58,891 nucleotides of DNA from a bacterium (GTDB taxonomy: Bacteria; JACRDZ01; JAQUKH01): positions 1-58,891 of the forward strand of contig JAQUKH010000012.1 in the NCBI GenBank assembly GCA_028719205.1, given 5' to 3'. The number at the start of each line of letters is the position of its first letter. The first letter of the stretch is position 1. The translations under genes were made by a program, and so were the position numbers. Below the pieces are notes generated by a model, which ran no database searches, was not told where the DNA came from, and was given only the letters and a program-made list of their open reading frames with translations. This document shows positions 57,593 to 58,891 of this stretch, in pieces.

Positions 57593-58072
57593 ATGAGAGC
57601 TTTAGGAATTGATCCCGGACTGGTCCATTTGGGTTATGGAATAGTAGATAAAAACGGAGACAAGCTTGAAAAGGTTGTTTACGGTTGTATTAATCAAAGG
57701 GCCGGGGAAAATTTATCCAAGCGGGTAAAAAAAATATATGACGGGATCTTCGAATTGATCCAGACTTATCATCCGGATATTATTGCCATAGAACAGATCT
57801 TTTTAAACAAAAATATCAAGTCGGCCCTTTTGCTCGGCCATGCGAGGGGCGCGGCTATGGCGGCAGGTATGAACGCTGTGGGCAAAATTTTTGAATATAC
57901 TCCGCTTGAGGTAAAACAGGCTCTGGTCGGGTATGGCAGGGCCGAGAAACAGCAGGTGAGTTTTATGGTAAAAAAATTACTGAATTTATATGAACCCATA
58001 GCCTCCGAAGATGCCTCCGACGCCTTGGCAGTCGCGATCTGCTGCCTGCATTCACAAACTCCTGTGCGATAG
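57593..58072 (+). CDS. ruvC: Holliday junction resolvase
   Basis: LGIDPG, LGHARG, EYTPLEVK, DASDALAVA. Confidence 0.96.
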   Translation: MRALGIDPGLVHLGYGIVDKNGDKLEKVVYGCINQRAGENLSKRVKKIYDGIFELIQTYHPDIIAIEQIFLNKNIKSALLLGHARGAAMAAGMNAVGKIFEYTPLEVKQALVGYGRAEKQQVSFMVKKLLNLYEPIASEDASDALAVAICCLHSQTPVR

Positions 58073-58183
58073 CTCTATAATCAAATCAAGATTCGAATTT
58101 GAGTTGAGAAAAATATAAAATTATATGGTAGAATAGCAAATATAAGGAAATATGTTTGGCAGAACTATTTGCAAGGGAGAAAA

Positions 58184-58774
58184 ATGATCGCGTTCTTATC
58201 CGGAATATTAGATGAAAAGTTTTTGGACAGGGTATTTATTGATGTACAGGGAGTCGGTTACCTTGTTTATATTCCTGCTACTGTTTATAACCGCCTGCCG
58301 GAAAAAGGGGCTGAAATAAAAATTTATACATATTTCCATGTGCGTGAAGACGCTCATGTCCTTTATGGTTTTTTAGCAAATGAAGAGGTTGAATTTTTTA
58401 AACTTTTATTAAAGGCCTCCGGTATAGGCCCGAAATCAGCGTTAAAGATCCTTTCTTCGGTTTCTGTGTATGAATGCCAGAAAGCCATACTGCAGAATGA
58501 TGTTCAATCACTTACGAATATTTCCGGTATTGGCAAAAAAACCGCTGAAAAATTGATAATTGAGTTGAAGGATAAGATAAAAAATATTTCTTTCCCTGAA
58601 CAGGGTAAAGAGATCTTCTCGGAAGATACTGCCGTTAATGAAGCGATATTGGCTCTTCAGGCGTTAGGTTATAAGCTAAATCAGGCAAAACAGGCTGTTC
58701 TTAAGGCAAGGAGCCTGGTGACCGGCAAACATAAAGCGGAAGATCTGATCAAAACCGCGTTTAATTATATATGA
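58184..58774 (+). CDS. ruvA: Holliday junction branch migration protein
   Basis: MIAFLSG, VREDA..LYGF, SGIGPK, GIGKKTAEKLIIEL, ALQALGY. Confidence 0.96.
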   Translation: MIAFLSGILDEKFLDRVFIDVQGVGYLVYIPATVYNRLPEKGAEIKIYTYFHVREDAHVLYGFLANEEVEFFKLLLKASGIGPKSALKILSSVSVYECQKAILQNDVQSLTNISGIGKKTAEKLIIELKDKIKNISFPEQGKEIFSEDTAVNEAILALQALGYKLNQAKQAVLKARSLVTGKHKAEDLIKTAFNYI

Positions 58775-58782
58775 GGGATAAA

Positions 58783-58891
58783 ATGAAACGAAAAGCAGTT
58801 TCAGTGATTGTAATATTTATTCTTGCGGCTTTAAGCGGCTGTTCCGGCGGGGCAAGCGGAGTGGATAATAATAACGGCTCGACAAATCCCA
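58783..58891 (+). CDS. Lipoprotein, 5' part only (runs off window)
   Basis: MKRKAVSVIVIFILAALSGC signal peptide and lipobox, frame open to the window end. Confidence 0.65.
   Translation, partial: MKRKAVSVIVIFILAALSGCSGGASGVDNNNGSTNP

Overview
AT-rich bacterial chromosomal segment, probably from a diderm anaerobe (lipoproteins, periplasmic multiheme cytochromes, PilC/ComF); the taxon cannot be fixed from sequence alone. Core blocks: carB'-pyrK-pyrD, queD-groES-groEL, an rpoZ-like gene, queE-queC (1-7.3 kb); efp, pilC, comF, argC, tsaE, tsaB (19.7-25.2 kb); rpmB, recG, a HEAT-repeat protein, ferredoxin-fused etfA, an EF-G paralogue, yebC-ruvC-ruvA (47-58.9 kb). Three regions stand out. (1) A ~12.4 kb accessory hotspot between convergent queC and efp. 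It holds four type II TA modules, at least five attC-like sites with no integrase, a decayed SEFIR/TIR gene, a GNAT-methyltransferase fusion, a candidate ~105 nt small RNA with its own promoter, a divergent SecY paralogue fused to a DUF2007-like domain, and relic copies of the efp, queC and yoeB 3' ends that differ mostly at synonymous sites. (2) An Mrp/Mbh-like membrane operon with four tandem antiporter-like subunits, an extended repeat-containing lateral helix and no catalytic subunit. (3) A tightly packed gene run: beta-helix lipoprotein, cysteine desulfurase, DUF3343, a membrane-anchored multiheme cytochrome, a 2526-aa cytochrome with 37 CxxCH plus 1 CxxxCH motifs, a DT-rich stalk and a beta-helix head, then an EcfT-like gene. 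All family assignments are by motif recognition; no database searches were run.
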